DNA from: the human T2T-CHM13v2.0 reference genome, Homo sapiens
Assembly: GCF_009914755.1 (NCBI RefSeq)
Contig: NC_060935.1
Length of the DNA stretch: 64,000 bases
Strand: one strand, 5' to 3'
Shown here: piece by piece, positions 13,701 to 33,422 of the stretch
Numbering within the stretch: the first letter of the stretch is position 1
Layout: every line of letters starts with the position of its first letter
Position numbers and translations under genes: made by a program
The notes under the pieces: generated by a model
What the model was told of the DNA's origin: nothing
Databases searched by the model: none
The model's input: the letters and a program-made list of their open reading frames with translations, nothing else

Positions 13701-16407
13701 GAGGTAGCACTGCACACCCACTCCCTGTGGGCCGGAGCCAGGAGGCACTTCCTGGGTGTCGGAGCCCAGAAGGAAACCAGTGGCCGGGAAGCACCAGCTG
13801 GGTCAGTCTCCAGGTCAGGGTTGGGGGTGGGAGTTTCAGGGAGGAGGGGAGGCTGGGACAGGGGCTGCAGAGGCCCTGCCAGGAGAGGCAGGAGGGTGGG
13901 CTGGCAGGAGCCTGTGGGCACGCGAACTTCAGCCATCCTAGATTCCTGGTCCCTGCGTCCAGCTGCCTGGCGTTGCCCCTTGCTGCGGGGTGTCCCTGGT
14001 GGCAGGGGAGGGGGAGGCAGGGCCGGGCATGCCCGGACCTCTGCCCCCACCCACCCCGTGCTCAGTCCTGGGTCGGCTGTGCTGGGAGGCAGGCCCAGCT
14101 GGCGGCGGCCCCTCCCCTCGCGGCCCCTCCTCCCCTCGCGGCCCCTCCTGGGTCCCAGCCTCTCCCGGGCCTGCTTAGCACCCAGGCCTTGTTGGCATAG
14201 CTCTCCCACCGGGCCTTCTCCGCCTGCCTCGGTCTCCTTTCCCACCCTCAGCTTCCCCAGCTTATCCCTTCCTCCCTCAAGCCATAGCTTCCAAACCAGG
14301 ACAGGGCCAGGGCCTGAGGGGCCTCCCCATTCCAGGGCCCCACCCAGCGCCTATGAGGGCAGCCTGGAGCCCCTGTGACTCAGCTGACCCCTCCCCAAGG
14401 TCACTCAGCATGTGGAGCTGGAATTTGAACTTGGAGCCCGTCCCTCTACCCTCCTGCCCTGCTGGGACCTCCTCCCCTCCACAGCCCGACTGACCGGGCA
14501 CCCCGCTCTGCCTCACTTCACACCGGGAAAATGACCACAGTACAAAGTGCAGCCTGGGCCTCCAGGGCTTCGTCCCCACCACCAGTGGGCCAAAGAAGCC
14601 TCCCCAGGGGGGCGGGGCTCCCACAGGGCAGGAGGCAGCCCCATACCCATGTGCTTCAGACCCAGACACCACACCTGGACCCACCCCACTGCTGCCCGGC
14701 CCTGCCTGGGCCTGAGGTCCCCGATGCCCTGCAGGCAACCGAAGGCCAGGAACCTGGCCTTCCCCAGGGGGGTCGCGTGTCACAGCCCTCCATGTTTGCG
14801 TGCCCCCAGGCCTGAGTCTGCAAGGGTGCGTTGGTGTCTCGCCCAGGTGTGTGCCTGGACACACGTGCCTGGCGCCCTTGGTGGAGCCCGCCAGGAATCC
14901 CATTAAGCAAACACTCAGGCTCGCCACTGAGCCCGTGAACATTCCAGACATTCTCCACGGATAGATGGATGGAGGAAGTGGCCATACCCCCTGGTGCACC
15001 CAGCCCCTCATGTCAGCGGCAGTGCCCCCGGGCCTCCCAGACCCTCCCACTAGGCCAGACCTGGTCAAACCAGAAAGTCCCGGGTGCTCCGAGCCACTCC
15101 CTTGACCCTCCATACCAACAGCAGTGGCTGGTGACCCCCACCGTGGCAGACCCAAACTCTGAAGCCACAGGGGACAGCCCTGCAGCCCTGGCAGGAGGCA
15201 GATGGTGTGGACCTGTGGGGAGCTGATCACAGAGCCACAGAACAGCCAGGTCCCCACAGGGCATAGTCCCCTTGGGACAAGTCAGCCTGGTTCAGGGCCA
15301 TCAGGCTCTGTCCATCCCCCCGGGAAGCCCCTAGGGTCCAGCCCAAATCAGACCCACCTGTCTGCCCTGGCGGCTGGGCCTTAGTTTCCCCAAAATGCTC
15401 GGGGAAGAGGTCAGCACTAGGAGCCCAGAGACAGGCTCTGAGGATTCTGCCCCTGGGGGAGGCCAGAGGCACCTGCCCCATAGCCACCCTACCTCGTTGG
15501 AGGGGCAGTGATACTGTGTGTTGGGGCCACTGGACTGGCTCCCAGTCTCAGCCCCCACCACACCTGCCCTCCAGTCCCTCCCCTAGGCTTGGCTGCTGCC
15601 AGGGGTTCTGCGCTGGCCACCTGGCCGCATCCCTGCCCTCGAGGTGAGGAAACACTGCACCCCGGGGACCCCAGGGTTTCCTGCCCGCACAGCCTCTTCC
15701 CTGCCAGGTCTCCCAGGCCCAGGAAAGAGCCAAGGGCCAGCCTCTTTGCTGGGGCCTGGACAGAGGTGGCATGTGTGGGTGGCAAGTCCACATGTGGGTG
15801 CAGGAGCCCCTTGGGGTGCAGGCCTGGGGTGGGGCAGGAGTGGCGGCTAGAGCCGGGCTCCCTCTGGACTTCAGGACCTACCCCAACTCCAGCCTCACCT
15901 CTCCTGCCATCCTGCAGCTCCCACCCGCCCTCCCCCAACCCCCACCGCACCCCCCTCCCCCCACACTCCCACCTCATCCCCCTCCCCTTACCCATCCCAC
16001 CCCCCTCCCCACAGCACCAGGGCCTTAAACTCCATGCTGCCCAGCTTGGAAGGCGCCTTCTGCCCCCAGGGCCCTTGTCAGAGCCTCCCAGTCAGCCTCT
16101 GGGGGGTCCCTGTGGAGCACCTAGGGTCTGAGGCATGACGAGGCTGATCGACTGTCAACTGGGACGTGGGGCCAACTGGGACGTGGGGCCAACTGGGATG
16201 TCGGGCAGGGGCTCTGCCCCCCAAGGGACCCCCACCCAGGCCAGGCCAGTCAGGGATCTGGCCCAGGGAAGGAGGGGAGGAACCAGCCAGGCCGGAGGAA
16301 GTGTCAGCGCAGCCCTTCTGTCCACCCAGGTGTGGGACAGGCACTGGCCTCAGACCGGGGCCACACTGAGGTCTGCCCTTCTCCCGCTGGCCGCCACCCA
16401 AGACACC

Positions 16408-16451
16408 ATGAGCCAGTCCGGGGCCGTGAGCTGCTGCCCGGGTGCCACCAA
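16408..16451 (+). CDS. EPS8L2: EPS8L2 exon 2 coding part (exon starts 16330; MSQSGAVSCCPGATN)
   Basis: accATG start; donor AA|gtgagc. Confidence 0.93.
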
Positions 16452-16552
16452 GTGAGCCCTCCCACCCATCCCGAATACCCCACCCTCACCCTCTGAACAG
16501 TCCCCAGGGAGGGGTGCAGTTTGGCCCTGCCCTGACAGCCCCTCCCCTGCAG

Positions 16553-16608
16553 TGGCAGCCTGGGCCGGTCCGACGGTGTGGCCAAGATGAGCCCCAAGGA
16601 CCTGTTTG
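16553..16608 (+). CDS. EPS8L2: EPS8L2 exon 3 (GSLGRSDGVAKMSPKDLF)
   Basis: AG/GT boundaries; frame continuous. Confidence 0.92.
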
Positions 16609-17421
16609 GTGAGTGAGGTTTGAGAACGGGCTGGACGTCACAGGGGAGAAATGGGCACTGCATCCAGGTGGGGGACAGCCGCTCCTGCCCCACAGCTGTG
16701 CCTGGTCTGGCCCAGGGGATCTCCGGGTGCCCAGGGAGGCCTCTGGACCCTAATCAACCTTCCGAAAGCTCCTGGCCACTGGATCCCCTCCCCCACACCC
16801 GTAAGGGGAGAGGCCTTTACTAATAATTCAGGGAGCATCAATATTGATTCCGCTGCACTCGTTGCTGTAACCTGATCACAGCGAGGTTCAGGCAGGATAA
16901 GCCGCCAGGTGTCTGCTCCAGGAGGGGGGCCTGGCCAGCCCCCACCTCCCCCCACTCTGCCCTTCCCCAGAGACGACCCTGCCCTCTCGCTAGCTAGATG
17001 CACCCTTCACTTATGTCTTTGGACAAGGTGCCTAGTCTGGAAAGCGAGAAGACCTGGGAGGGCAGGGAGAGTGAAGCTGGCAGCTCTCAGAGTGGGAAGA
17101 AGCCGGGCTGGGACCCCCTTCCTGTCCCCTCACCCTCCAGGACAGAAACCCCCCGGGCACAGGCTGCTGGTCCCCACTCCACTCAGAGCAAGCCCATCGC
17201 CTTCTCCGAGCTGCGTCCTTCTCCAAGGGGGCTTCCCTGGAGGGAGGGAGGGGGCTTCCTGCAGGTCCTGATTTCACACCCACATCCTTCCTGGTGGCCA
17301 AGAGGTCCACGGAGCAGCCTCCCTCCGCTTGACTCCACCTTCCCTTGTGGGTCCAGTCCCAACTGGACGGGAGGCTGTGGGTCCTGCCCGTCGGGGGAGT
17401 GACTGGTGTCTCCCGGTTCAG

Positions 17422-17486
17422 AGCAGAGGAAGAAGTATTCCAACTCCAACGTCATCATGCACGAGACCTCGCAGTACCACGTCCAG
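17422..17486 (+). CDS. EPS8L2: EPS8L2 exon 4 ([22 protein letters not shown])
   Basis: AG/GT boundaries; start of the EPS8-family PTB domain. Confidence 0.93.
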
Positions 17487-17556
17487 GTAAGGCCCCGCCC
17501 CCAGGTAGGCTCCGCCCCCAGGGAGCACCCTCAGGACATGGCTGTCCTCAGGTTCT

Positions 17557-20025
<2,469 letters not shown>

Positions 20026-20580
20026 CAAAGAGCCATCAGGAGTCCCTGAGCTCTTGAATCGGGCTGTTTTGGGTGACCAGGGCCCTCCCAGCAGCCTGGG
20101 CAGCTAGACCCTGCATACAGCCAGGCTGGTGACTTCGGCCAGCTCAGTGTCCAGGGGAAGGCACAGAGCAGTGGCCGAGTTCACTTTAGTCCCCTCTTCC
20201 TGGGCAGCTCCACCACCTTTCTCAGGGACTCTGCCCTCTTCGGGAGGAGCCTGGGGCCTCTCAGCCTGGCTCCTGGACTTTGGCCCCAGCTGGCCTGGCC
20301 TGGCCCCCAGCCAGCAGGAGCCTCGTCTGCCCAGAGGCCAACAGAGTGAGGAGTGGAGGGTGGGTGGGGCTTTCCTGCCTCTCCCCGATGAGGACACTGG
20401 GGACCAGAGAGAGGGTGAGAGTCTGGTGGGAAGTCTCTCCAGCCAGGTGGGGGCCGGATCAGATTGGCCCTGACAGTGGGTGGGGGGCACCTGAGCCCGG
20501 GTCCATGGTTTGCTTTTTTCTAAGTTATCACACAGTAAAAGCCATGTGTACGTGGGGGTGTGGTTCTGTTGCCACCATAG

Positions 20581-26600
<6,020 letters not shown>

Positions 26601-27364
26601 TGTCTTTGACTGTCCTGTAGTTCAAGTTAGTGTTTATCCAGCTGTGCCAGCATTGTGCACCGAACGGCCAACCCTTCGTGGGAGGGTTTTACTTAGTGAA
26701 CATGGCAGCTTGGCTGGAGGAGGGGGCCTGAGCCAGGCCTGGAAAGAGGAGAGGTGAAGGGCACAGGGCAGGGGCCAGGCTGGCCGCAGATCCTCAGGGA
26801 TGGACGCATCCCGCACACACTTGTCGAGGGTCCTCTGTGCACCAGGCTTTGCCCTGGACCTGGGGACACAGCTTAGCAAGTGGCAACCGGAACAGTGCCT
26901 TGGAGTAGCGAGCACGCTGGACGCACAGCACACCACGTGCAGCGCGACGTTGGGTCTGATTCAGGGAATTAGGGCAGGTCGGGATGGGGTGACGGCTGGC
27001 ATTGTAGCCAGGTGGCCACAGAGGGGACGTCTGAGAAGGAAGAGAGCTGGGGAGGCTGGCAAAGCTGGTGCAGTGGGCGGGTACTGAGCCTGCACCAGGA
27101 GGTGGGCGGGTGAGGATGGTGGCGCGGGGCCGGGCAGCAGTTGGAATTCCTTTGAGGATAGTTTCAGGACACAAGCATGGCCCCTACAGATGCCTGCCAA
27201 GGCAGAATAGAGACTCCCCCCACCAAAGGCGGGGCCGGTCCCCGTTCTAGCCCCCTACCCAGGGTTGGCTGTGGCCCCTCAGCCCCTCAGGCTGTGGCCC
27301 CTGGGGGCTGGGCTTTCGACACAAGGAGGGCTCTGCCCAGCAGTGACCACCTGCCCACCCCCAG

Positions 27365-27526
27365 CACCTGGCCACATTCATCATGGACAAGAGCGAAGCC
27401 ATCACGTCTGTGGACGACGCCATCCGGAAGCTGGTGCAGCTGAGCTCCAAGGAGAAGATCTGGACCCAGGAGATGCTGCTGCAGGTGAACGACCAGTCGT
27501 TGCGGCTGCTGGACATCGAGTCACAG
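27365..27526 (+). CDS. EPS8L2: EPS8L2 exon 5 (PTB; [23 protein letters not shown]...)
   Basis: AG/GT boundaries; 162 nt; translation visible in the ORF track. Confidence 0.95.
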
Positions 27527-27899
27527 GTGGGGCCCAGCGCCACGGGGGACAGGGAGCACAGTGGGTAGAGGCGGTGGCAGCCACCGGCTGCAGCCCGGAT
27601 GTGCGGCCGGTCCTCTCTGCAGGGCCGGCCATGCCCTATCATTCTGGTCCCTGGAAGAGGATGGGACAAGGGTGGGCAGAGGGCCGCATAGAGCTGAGAG
27701 TCCAGGGAAGTTTGGAAGCCGGGGTCAGCCTTGCGGTACAGCTGCGGGGTGTGTCCCGGGCCTAGTCCTCATCTTTGGGAGCCCATTCCCCAGCGGCGCC
27801 AGAGGGGCCTGTGCTCCAGGCTTGTCCACAGCTCCGGCCACTCCCTGCCAGAGTGCCCAGACCCCGGGTGCGAGTCGTGTCCGCGCGATGTACCCGCAG

Positions 27900-28049
27900 G
27901 AGGAGCTGGAAGACTTCCCGCTGCCCACGGTGCAGCGCAGCCAGACGGTCCTCAACCAGCTGCGCTACCCGTCTGTGCTGCTGCTCGTGTGCCAGGACTC
28001 GGAGCAGAGCAAGCCGGATGTCCACTTCTTCCACTGCGATGAGGTGGAG
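27900..28049 (+). CDS. EPS8L2: EPS8L2 exon 6 ([11 protein letters not shown]...FFHCDEVE)
   Basis: AG/GT boundaries; 150 nt. Confidence 0.95.
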
Positions 28050-28132
28050 GTGAGGCGGTGCCGGGCGGGGCAGGGTGGGGCCCCGCCGCGCCGCGCCCCG
28101 CCCTCCTGGCCGCCTGACGCCCGCTTTCCCAG

Positions 28133-28212
28133 GCAGAGCTGGTGCACGAGGACATCGAGAGCGCGTTGGCCGACTGCCGGCTGGGCAAGAAGATGCGGCC
28201 GCAGACCCTGAA
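28133..28212 (+). CDS. EPS8L2: EPS8L2 exon 7 ([27 protein letters not shown])
   Basis: AG/GT boundaries; 80 nt. Confidence 0.93.
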
Positions 28213-28243
28213 GTAGGGCAGCGGGCGGAGCGGGGTCGCAGGG

Positions 28244-28340
28244 GGCGGGGAGGGGAGGAGCCCGGCAGGGGAGGGGAGGAGCCGGCAGGGGAGGGGAGGA
28301 GCCCGGCAGGGGAGGGGAGGAGCCCGGCAGGGAGGGAGGG
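28244..28340. repeat. 21-bp G-rich tandem repeat x4 (ggggaggggaggagcccggca) in EPS8L2 intron 7
   Basis: Directly visible. Confidence 0.9.
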
Positions 28341-28387
28341 TCAGGTGCGTTCCCGGCGGGGCTGAGCAGGACCCCCTCGCCCTCCAG

Positions 28388-28530
28388 GGGACACCAGGAG
28401 AAGATTCGGCAGCGGCAGTCCATCCTGCCTCCTCCCCAGGGCCCGGCGCCCATCCCCTTCCAGCACCGCGGCGGGGATTCCCCGGAGGCCAAGAATCGCG
28501 TGGGCCCGCAGGTGCCACTCAGCGAGCCAG
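28388..28530 (+). CDS. EPS8L2: EPS8L2 exon 8 ([24 protein letters not shown]...)
   Basis: AG/GT boundaries; 143 nt. Confidence 0.93.
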
Positions 28531-28608
28531 GTGGGCCGAGGGGCTGGAGGGGGCTCCACAGGGCTCGTTGTGGGGGGCTCGGTGAGCAGCCGCCGTGTCC
28601 CCCATCAG

Positions 28609-28676
28609 GTTTCCGCCGTCGGGAGTCGCAGGAGGAGCCGCGGGCCGTGCTGGCTCAGAAGATAGAGAAGGAGACG
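28609..28676 (+). CDS. EPS8L2: EPS8L2 exon 9 ([22 protein letters not shown])
   Basis: AG/GT boundaries; 68 nt. Confidence 0.93.
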
Positions 28677-28888
28677 GTGGGTGCCCGGGCCCGGCAGGTG
28701 GCCCCTCTCTTCCCCGCCCCCAGCAGTGGACACTGGTCCTTGCTGTCCCTCCGGCCAGTCCCCAGCCTGTGGCTGCCCCTCCGAAGGTGTGGGGCCCAGC
28801 TCCTCCCATCATCTGTGGGGCTGTCCCTGCAGCAAGGCGGGGCGGTGGGGAGTGTCAGGGGCTGACCCCTGACCCCCTCTGACCCCAG

Positions 28889-29015
28889 CAAATTCTCAAC
28901 TGCGCCCTGGACGACATCGAGTGGTTTGTGGCCCGGCTGCAGAAGGCAGCCGAGGCTTTCAAGCAGCTGAACCAGCGGAAAAAGGGGAAGAAGAAGGGCA
29001 AGAAGGCGCCAGCAG
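28889..29015 (+). CDS. EPS8L2: EPS8L2 exon 10 ([24 protein letters not shown]...)
   Basis: AG/GT boundaries; 127 nt; conserved EPS8 motif. Confidence 0.95.
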
Positions 29016-29226
29016 GTGCAGGGGACAGGGACGGGGCCGGCAGGTGCAGGGGACGGGGCCAGCAGGTGCAGGGGACAGGGACGGGGACGGGGCCAGGGAC
29101 ATCCATGGGGGCTACTCATGGAGGTGGAGGAAGGTCCAGCCCACACAGATGGGCTGCGTGGGACAGAAGGCGCAGGGGCCGGGGAGATCAGGGCCAGCCT
29201 GGCTCACGCGGTGCCTCCCATGCCAG

Positions 29227-29315
29227 AGGGCGTCCTCACACTGCGGGCACGGCCCCCCTCTGAGGGCGAGTTCATCGACTGCTTCCAGAAAATCAAGCTG
29301 GCGATTAACTTGCTG
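29227..29315 (+). CDS. EPS8L2: EPS8L2 exon 11 ([30 protein letters not shown])
   Basis: AG/GT boundaries; 89 nt. Confidence 0.95.
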
Positions 29316-29414
29316 GTGGGTCCGGTGGCCCCAGCCCTGCCCCACTGTCTGTGCTGAGGGGAGGGTGGAGGCCCCGCCCCGCCCCGGCACCTGCTCACTT
29401 GTTCCCACCCCCAG

Positions 29415-29489
29415 GCAAAGCTGCAGAAGCACATCCAGAACCCCAGCGCCGCGGAGCTCGTGCACTTCCTCTTCGGGCCTCTGGACCTG
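29415..29489 (+). CDS. EPS8L2: EPS8L2 exon 12 ([25 protein letters not shown])
   Basis: AG/GT boundaries; 75 nt. Confidence 0.95.
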
Positions 29490-29724
29490 GTGCCTGGGGC
29501 CGGGCGGCAGGGGCGCGCAGGGTGGGGGCCCAGAGGCCTCTGCAGCATCTCCCCGGGGTCGGGGTTGGGGCAGCAGGTGCCCGCCTTGGGCAGCCCGGTT
29601 CACGCTGTGTGGCCACTCTCCCTGGGGTCCAAAGTCCCTTCCCGAGGGCCAGCCTGTGGAGCTACGGGGGTGCTGGGCCAGGGTCTGTGGGCCTCAGTCC
29701 CCTCTGAACCTCACTGTGCCCCAG

Positions 29725-29873
29725 ATCGTCAACACCTGCAGTGGCCCAGACATCGCACGCTCCGTCTCCTGCCCACTGCTCTCCCGAGATGCCGTGGACT
29801 TCCTGCGCGGCCACCTGGTCCCTAAGGAGATGTCGCTGTGGGAGTCACTGGGAGAGAGCTGGATGCGGCCCCG
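29725..29873 (+). CDS. EPS8L2: EPS8L2 exon 13 ([20 protein letters not shown]...WMRPR)
   Basis: AG/GT boundaries; 149 nt. Confidence 0.95.
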
Positions 29874-29996
29874 GTAGGGCAGGGCAGAGCAGTGCCGGGG
29901 CTTCATGGGGGGCCAGCGCTGCATGGGGGCCAGCAAGGGGGTCCTGGTGGGCCAGTTCTGGAGAGGCAGGGCTGACTTCAGGACCTCTCACCCCAG

Positions 29997-30129
29997 TTCC
30001 GAGTGGCCGCGGGAGCCACAGGTGCCCCTCTACGTGCCCAAGTTCCACAGCGGCTGGGAGCCTCCTGTGGATGTGCTGCAGGAGGCCCCCTGGGAGGTGG
30101 AGGGGCTGGCGTCTGCCCCCATCGAGGAG
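29997..30129 (+). CDS. EPS8L2: EPS8L2 exon 14 ([23 protein letters not shown]...)
   Basis: AG/GT boundaries; 133 nt. Confidence 0.94.
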
Positions 30130-30149
30130 GTGAGAGCACCAGCAGCCCC

Positions 30150-30362
30150 CATCCCTACCCCAGCCCCAACACCCACTCCTCACCAGAGCTCCCCCCCAGC
30201 CCTGACACCCACCCCTCCCCAGAGCTCCCCCCCCAGCCCTGACACCCACCCCTCCCCAGTGCTCCCCTCCCCAGCCCCGACACCCACCCCTCCCCAGAGC
30301 TCCCCTCCCCGGCCCCGACACCCACCCCTCCCCAGAGCTCCCCTCCCCAGCCCACCTCCACC
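30150..30362. repeat. C-rich ~37-bp tandem repeat x5 in EPS8L2 intron 14
   Basis: cccagccctgacacccacccctccccagagctcccc-type units. Confidence 0.88.
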
Positions 30363-30564
30363 CACCGCCCCTTCAGCCACAGCTCAGCTGCCCCTAGCCC
30401 CTGCCAGGAGAGGCAACCCATGCTGGCATCACCGGGCATCAGGCTCCATCACCCTCAGTGATGCATCAGTCACAGGACATTAGCCCAGCCCCTGTCATAT
30501 GCCCCCTCGTCCTGGGACCCAGCCCCGCCCCATGTCTAACTCAGGTCGCCCACCTTCCCCACAG

Positions 30565-30677
30565 GTGAGTCCAGTGAGCCGACAGTCCATAAGAAACTCC
30601 CAGAAGCACAGCCCCACTTCAGAGCCCACCCCCCCGGGGGATGCCCTACCACCAGTCAGCTCCCCACATACTCACAG
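30565..30677 (+). CDS. EPS8L2: EPS8L2 exon 15 (VSPVSRQSIRNSQKHSPTSEPTPP...)
   Basis: AG/GT boundaries; 113 nt; required for frame. Confidence 0.9.
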
Positions 30678-32047
30678 GTAAGCCCCCCTCAAAGTGAGGG
30701 AGCATGAAAGTGAAACCCTTCAGAACCTACAGTCTCTAAAAACATATGGGTATGCTGCCACCAGGTGGTGGCAAGTGCATTGTTCAAGTGGTTTAAAATA
30801 CTTTTCCAGATTTGAAGCGGTTTTCATTTCAACTGCATGATATATAATTAAAGGAAACATTTCAAAAGTCATGCACAAATTCTCTACCCTAATATATCAG
30901 CTTTTTCTGTGCATCCACATGTATGTTTTAGAACCAAGGTTAGAAACTACTAAACCACTGAACTTGAGTGGTTTCACCAAACACTGGCACCCTGTTGGGG
31001 CTGTTGGGACTGATTCAGGCCCAACCTCTGGTAGAGCCAAAAGAGGAGACTGGGGTTCTGGGCTAGTGAAGCCTCTCCCCTCCTCCCACCCCCAGCCCCA
31101 CCTGTTTCCAAAGAGGACAAAGAACAAGCCTATGGCACTAGGGGAGTCCCGTCTTTCCTTGCCTCTCCTCTTCCCTTCTGTGCTCATTCCTGGTCCAATC
31201 TGCATGGGAAGCCCCTGACCCTCCCACACCCCAGGATTCAATTTTGGGGTAAAGAGGGGCCAGCAATCCATCTTCTAAGCAAGCATGGCCTCCCCTCACC
31301 CACAGTGTCAGCCTGGCTCCCGTGGTCCCTGGCCTAGGACCACACTTAAAAACATTTCCACCCTTTGACTTCAGCTCCTGGTCTGTCCACCCTGGCCATG
31401 TCCTGACAGTCCATGGCCACTTCATTTCCCTGAGCACCTGGACACGGGAGCTGCCCTGATGACCAGGGCCACACTGACCAGGATGGACGGCCTGGCCAGG
31501 TGACAGCCACAGGCCTGCTACATGCCAAAGCCAGGACCCCTCAGCCAGGGCCAGCCCCCCCGCGCTTTTGAGGTGCAGGTCCCACCCCACAGAGAGGAGC
31601 TTGAGACCCGTCCTCCACTGGACCATTTGGGCTGTGTTCAGTCCTCAGAGGGGCCACGGCTCTGAAGACATGCTGGCCCTCACTGGCCAGCTGCGGGGAG
31701 CTGTGACCCTGGCGTTTCCCAGGAACGCCCCTGGCTCTGGTTCCCCTGGGGTGCCGGACTGGAGACCCCTGAGGTGGCCTGGGATGGGCCAGCCTTGCTG
31801 TACCACAGGCCCCTGCGCCACGCCCACCTCCTGCCTGCCCCGCCTCCACGCAGGGCCCCAAAGCTCTGGGGCTGTCACAGTTTCCATTCCGGGCTGACGC
31901 TGCCTGCAGCCTCTCTCCACGGTGACCTCCAGAACAGAAAAGAGGCAGCCAGTCGTGCACCTGGGAAGCTGCTGCCCCCCAGCCACTGCCCAGGTCTCAG
32001 AGGAGACCCCCACCAGACTGGGCCTCAGCCCCTCCTGTTCCTCACAG

Positions 32048-32153
32048 GGGCTACCAGCCAACACCAGCCATGGCCAAGTACGTCAAGATCCTGTATGACT
32101 TCACAGCCCGAAATGCCAACGAGCTATCGGTGCTCAAGGATGAGGTCCTAGAG
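32048..32153 (+). CDS. EPS8L2: EPS8L2 exon 16 (SH3 N-half: [26 protein letters not shown])
   Basis: SH3 signature; AG/GT boundaries. Confidence 0.96.
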
Positions 32154-32558
32154 GTGAGGGGCTGGAGGACGGGGTCCAAGAGGGGGAAACAGGGCAGGGC
32201 TTCAAGGGAGGGGCTACCAGGGGAGGTGGGGAGCGGTCTAGGGCCAGGCTGGGTGATGCCAGGACGGGGCACAGCTGCTGGCCCCTTTCTCCAGGGTCCC
32301 CGCCCTTGGACTCTGATCAGGATCCCCAGCCTGTTGGAGGGGCCTTCCCATCTTGGGGCTCCCCAAAGGCATGCAGAGACCCCTGTGCCAGGCTGGGGGG
32401 AGCATCTGCACCACGTGGACTCAGCGGGGGCCTGTCATTCACACCCACCCAGGAGCCCCCACATCTGCACTGGCCGCATCTGCCAGCCGGAATCCAGGCC
32501 ACCCACTGGGGGACAGAAAGTGGAGCAGGCTAGGGGGGAGTGGGCCACATCCACAGCC

Positions 32559-32956
<398 letters not shown>

Positions 32957-33051
32957 CTAGGGCGCTCCCGACCTCTGTAAAGCGGCGCCAGCGGGTGGTC
33001 CCAGCCCCGCAGAGCCTGGGTGTGGGGAGGGGCTGACGGCGCGCCCCGCAG

Positions 33052-33171
33052 GTGCTGGAGGACGGCCGGCAGTGGTGGAAGCTGCGCAGCCGCAGCGGCC
33101 AGGCGGGGTACGTGCCCTGCAACATCCTAGGCGAGGCGCGACCGGAGGACGCCGGCGCCCCGTTCGAGCAG
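33052..33171 (+). CDS. EPS8L2: EPS8L2 exon 17 (SH3 C-half: VLEDGRQWWKLRSRSGQAGYVPCNIL)
   Basis: SH3 WW and GYVP motifs; AG/GT boundaries. Confidence 0.96.
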
Positions 33172-33422
33172 GTGAGCCCGCGGGGGTCCCTGGGGTCGCA
33201 GCCCCCCAGCTTCCTGGAGCAGCCCCGCCTGCGCCTAGCCCCGCCCCAAGGCCAGCCCCGCGGCTGGAGAGACTGGGGCAGGTGCAGGGCTCCCTGGGCA
33301 GAAGGAAAGGGCTGGTCCGCAGGCCGGGGCTGTAGGGGGATTGGCGGGGTGGGGAGGTCCCGGGCAGGTGCTGGGAGGCGGGGGCGGGGCGTGGGGAGCC
33401 TAATCGCCCCCCGCCCCCGCAG

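Noticed and set aside
12601-13794. 397-aa minus-strand ORF and overlapping long ORFs
   Set aside because: Low-complexity G/P/R/A composition in a CpG island where stop codons are scarce; no recognisable domain.
14375-14384. Isolated GTGACTCAGC ARE/AP-1-like motif in EPS8L2 intron 1
   Set aside because: A single short motif with no supporting context; expected occasionally by chance in 64 kb.
14277-15257. 326-aa minus-strand ORF in EPS8L2 intron 1
   Set aside because: GC-rich composition, no domain similarity I can recognise, and it runs through a MIR-like fragment.
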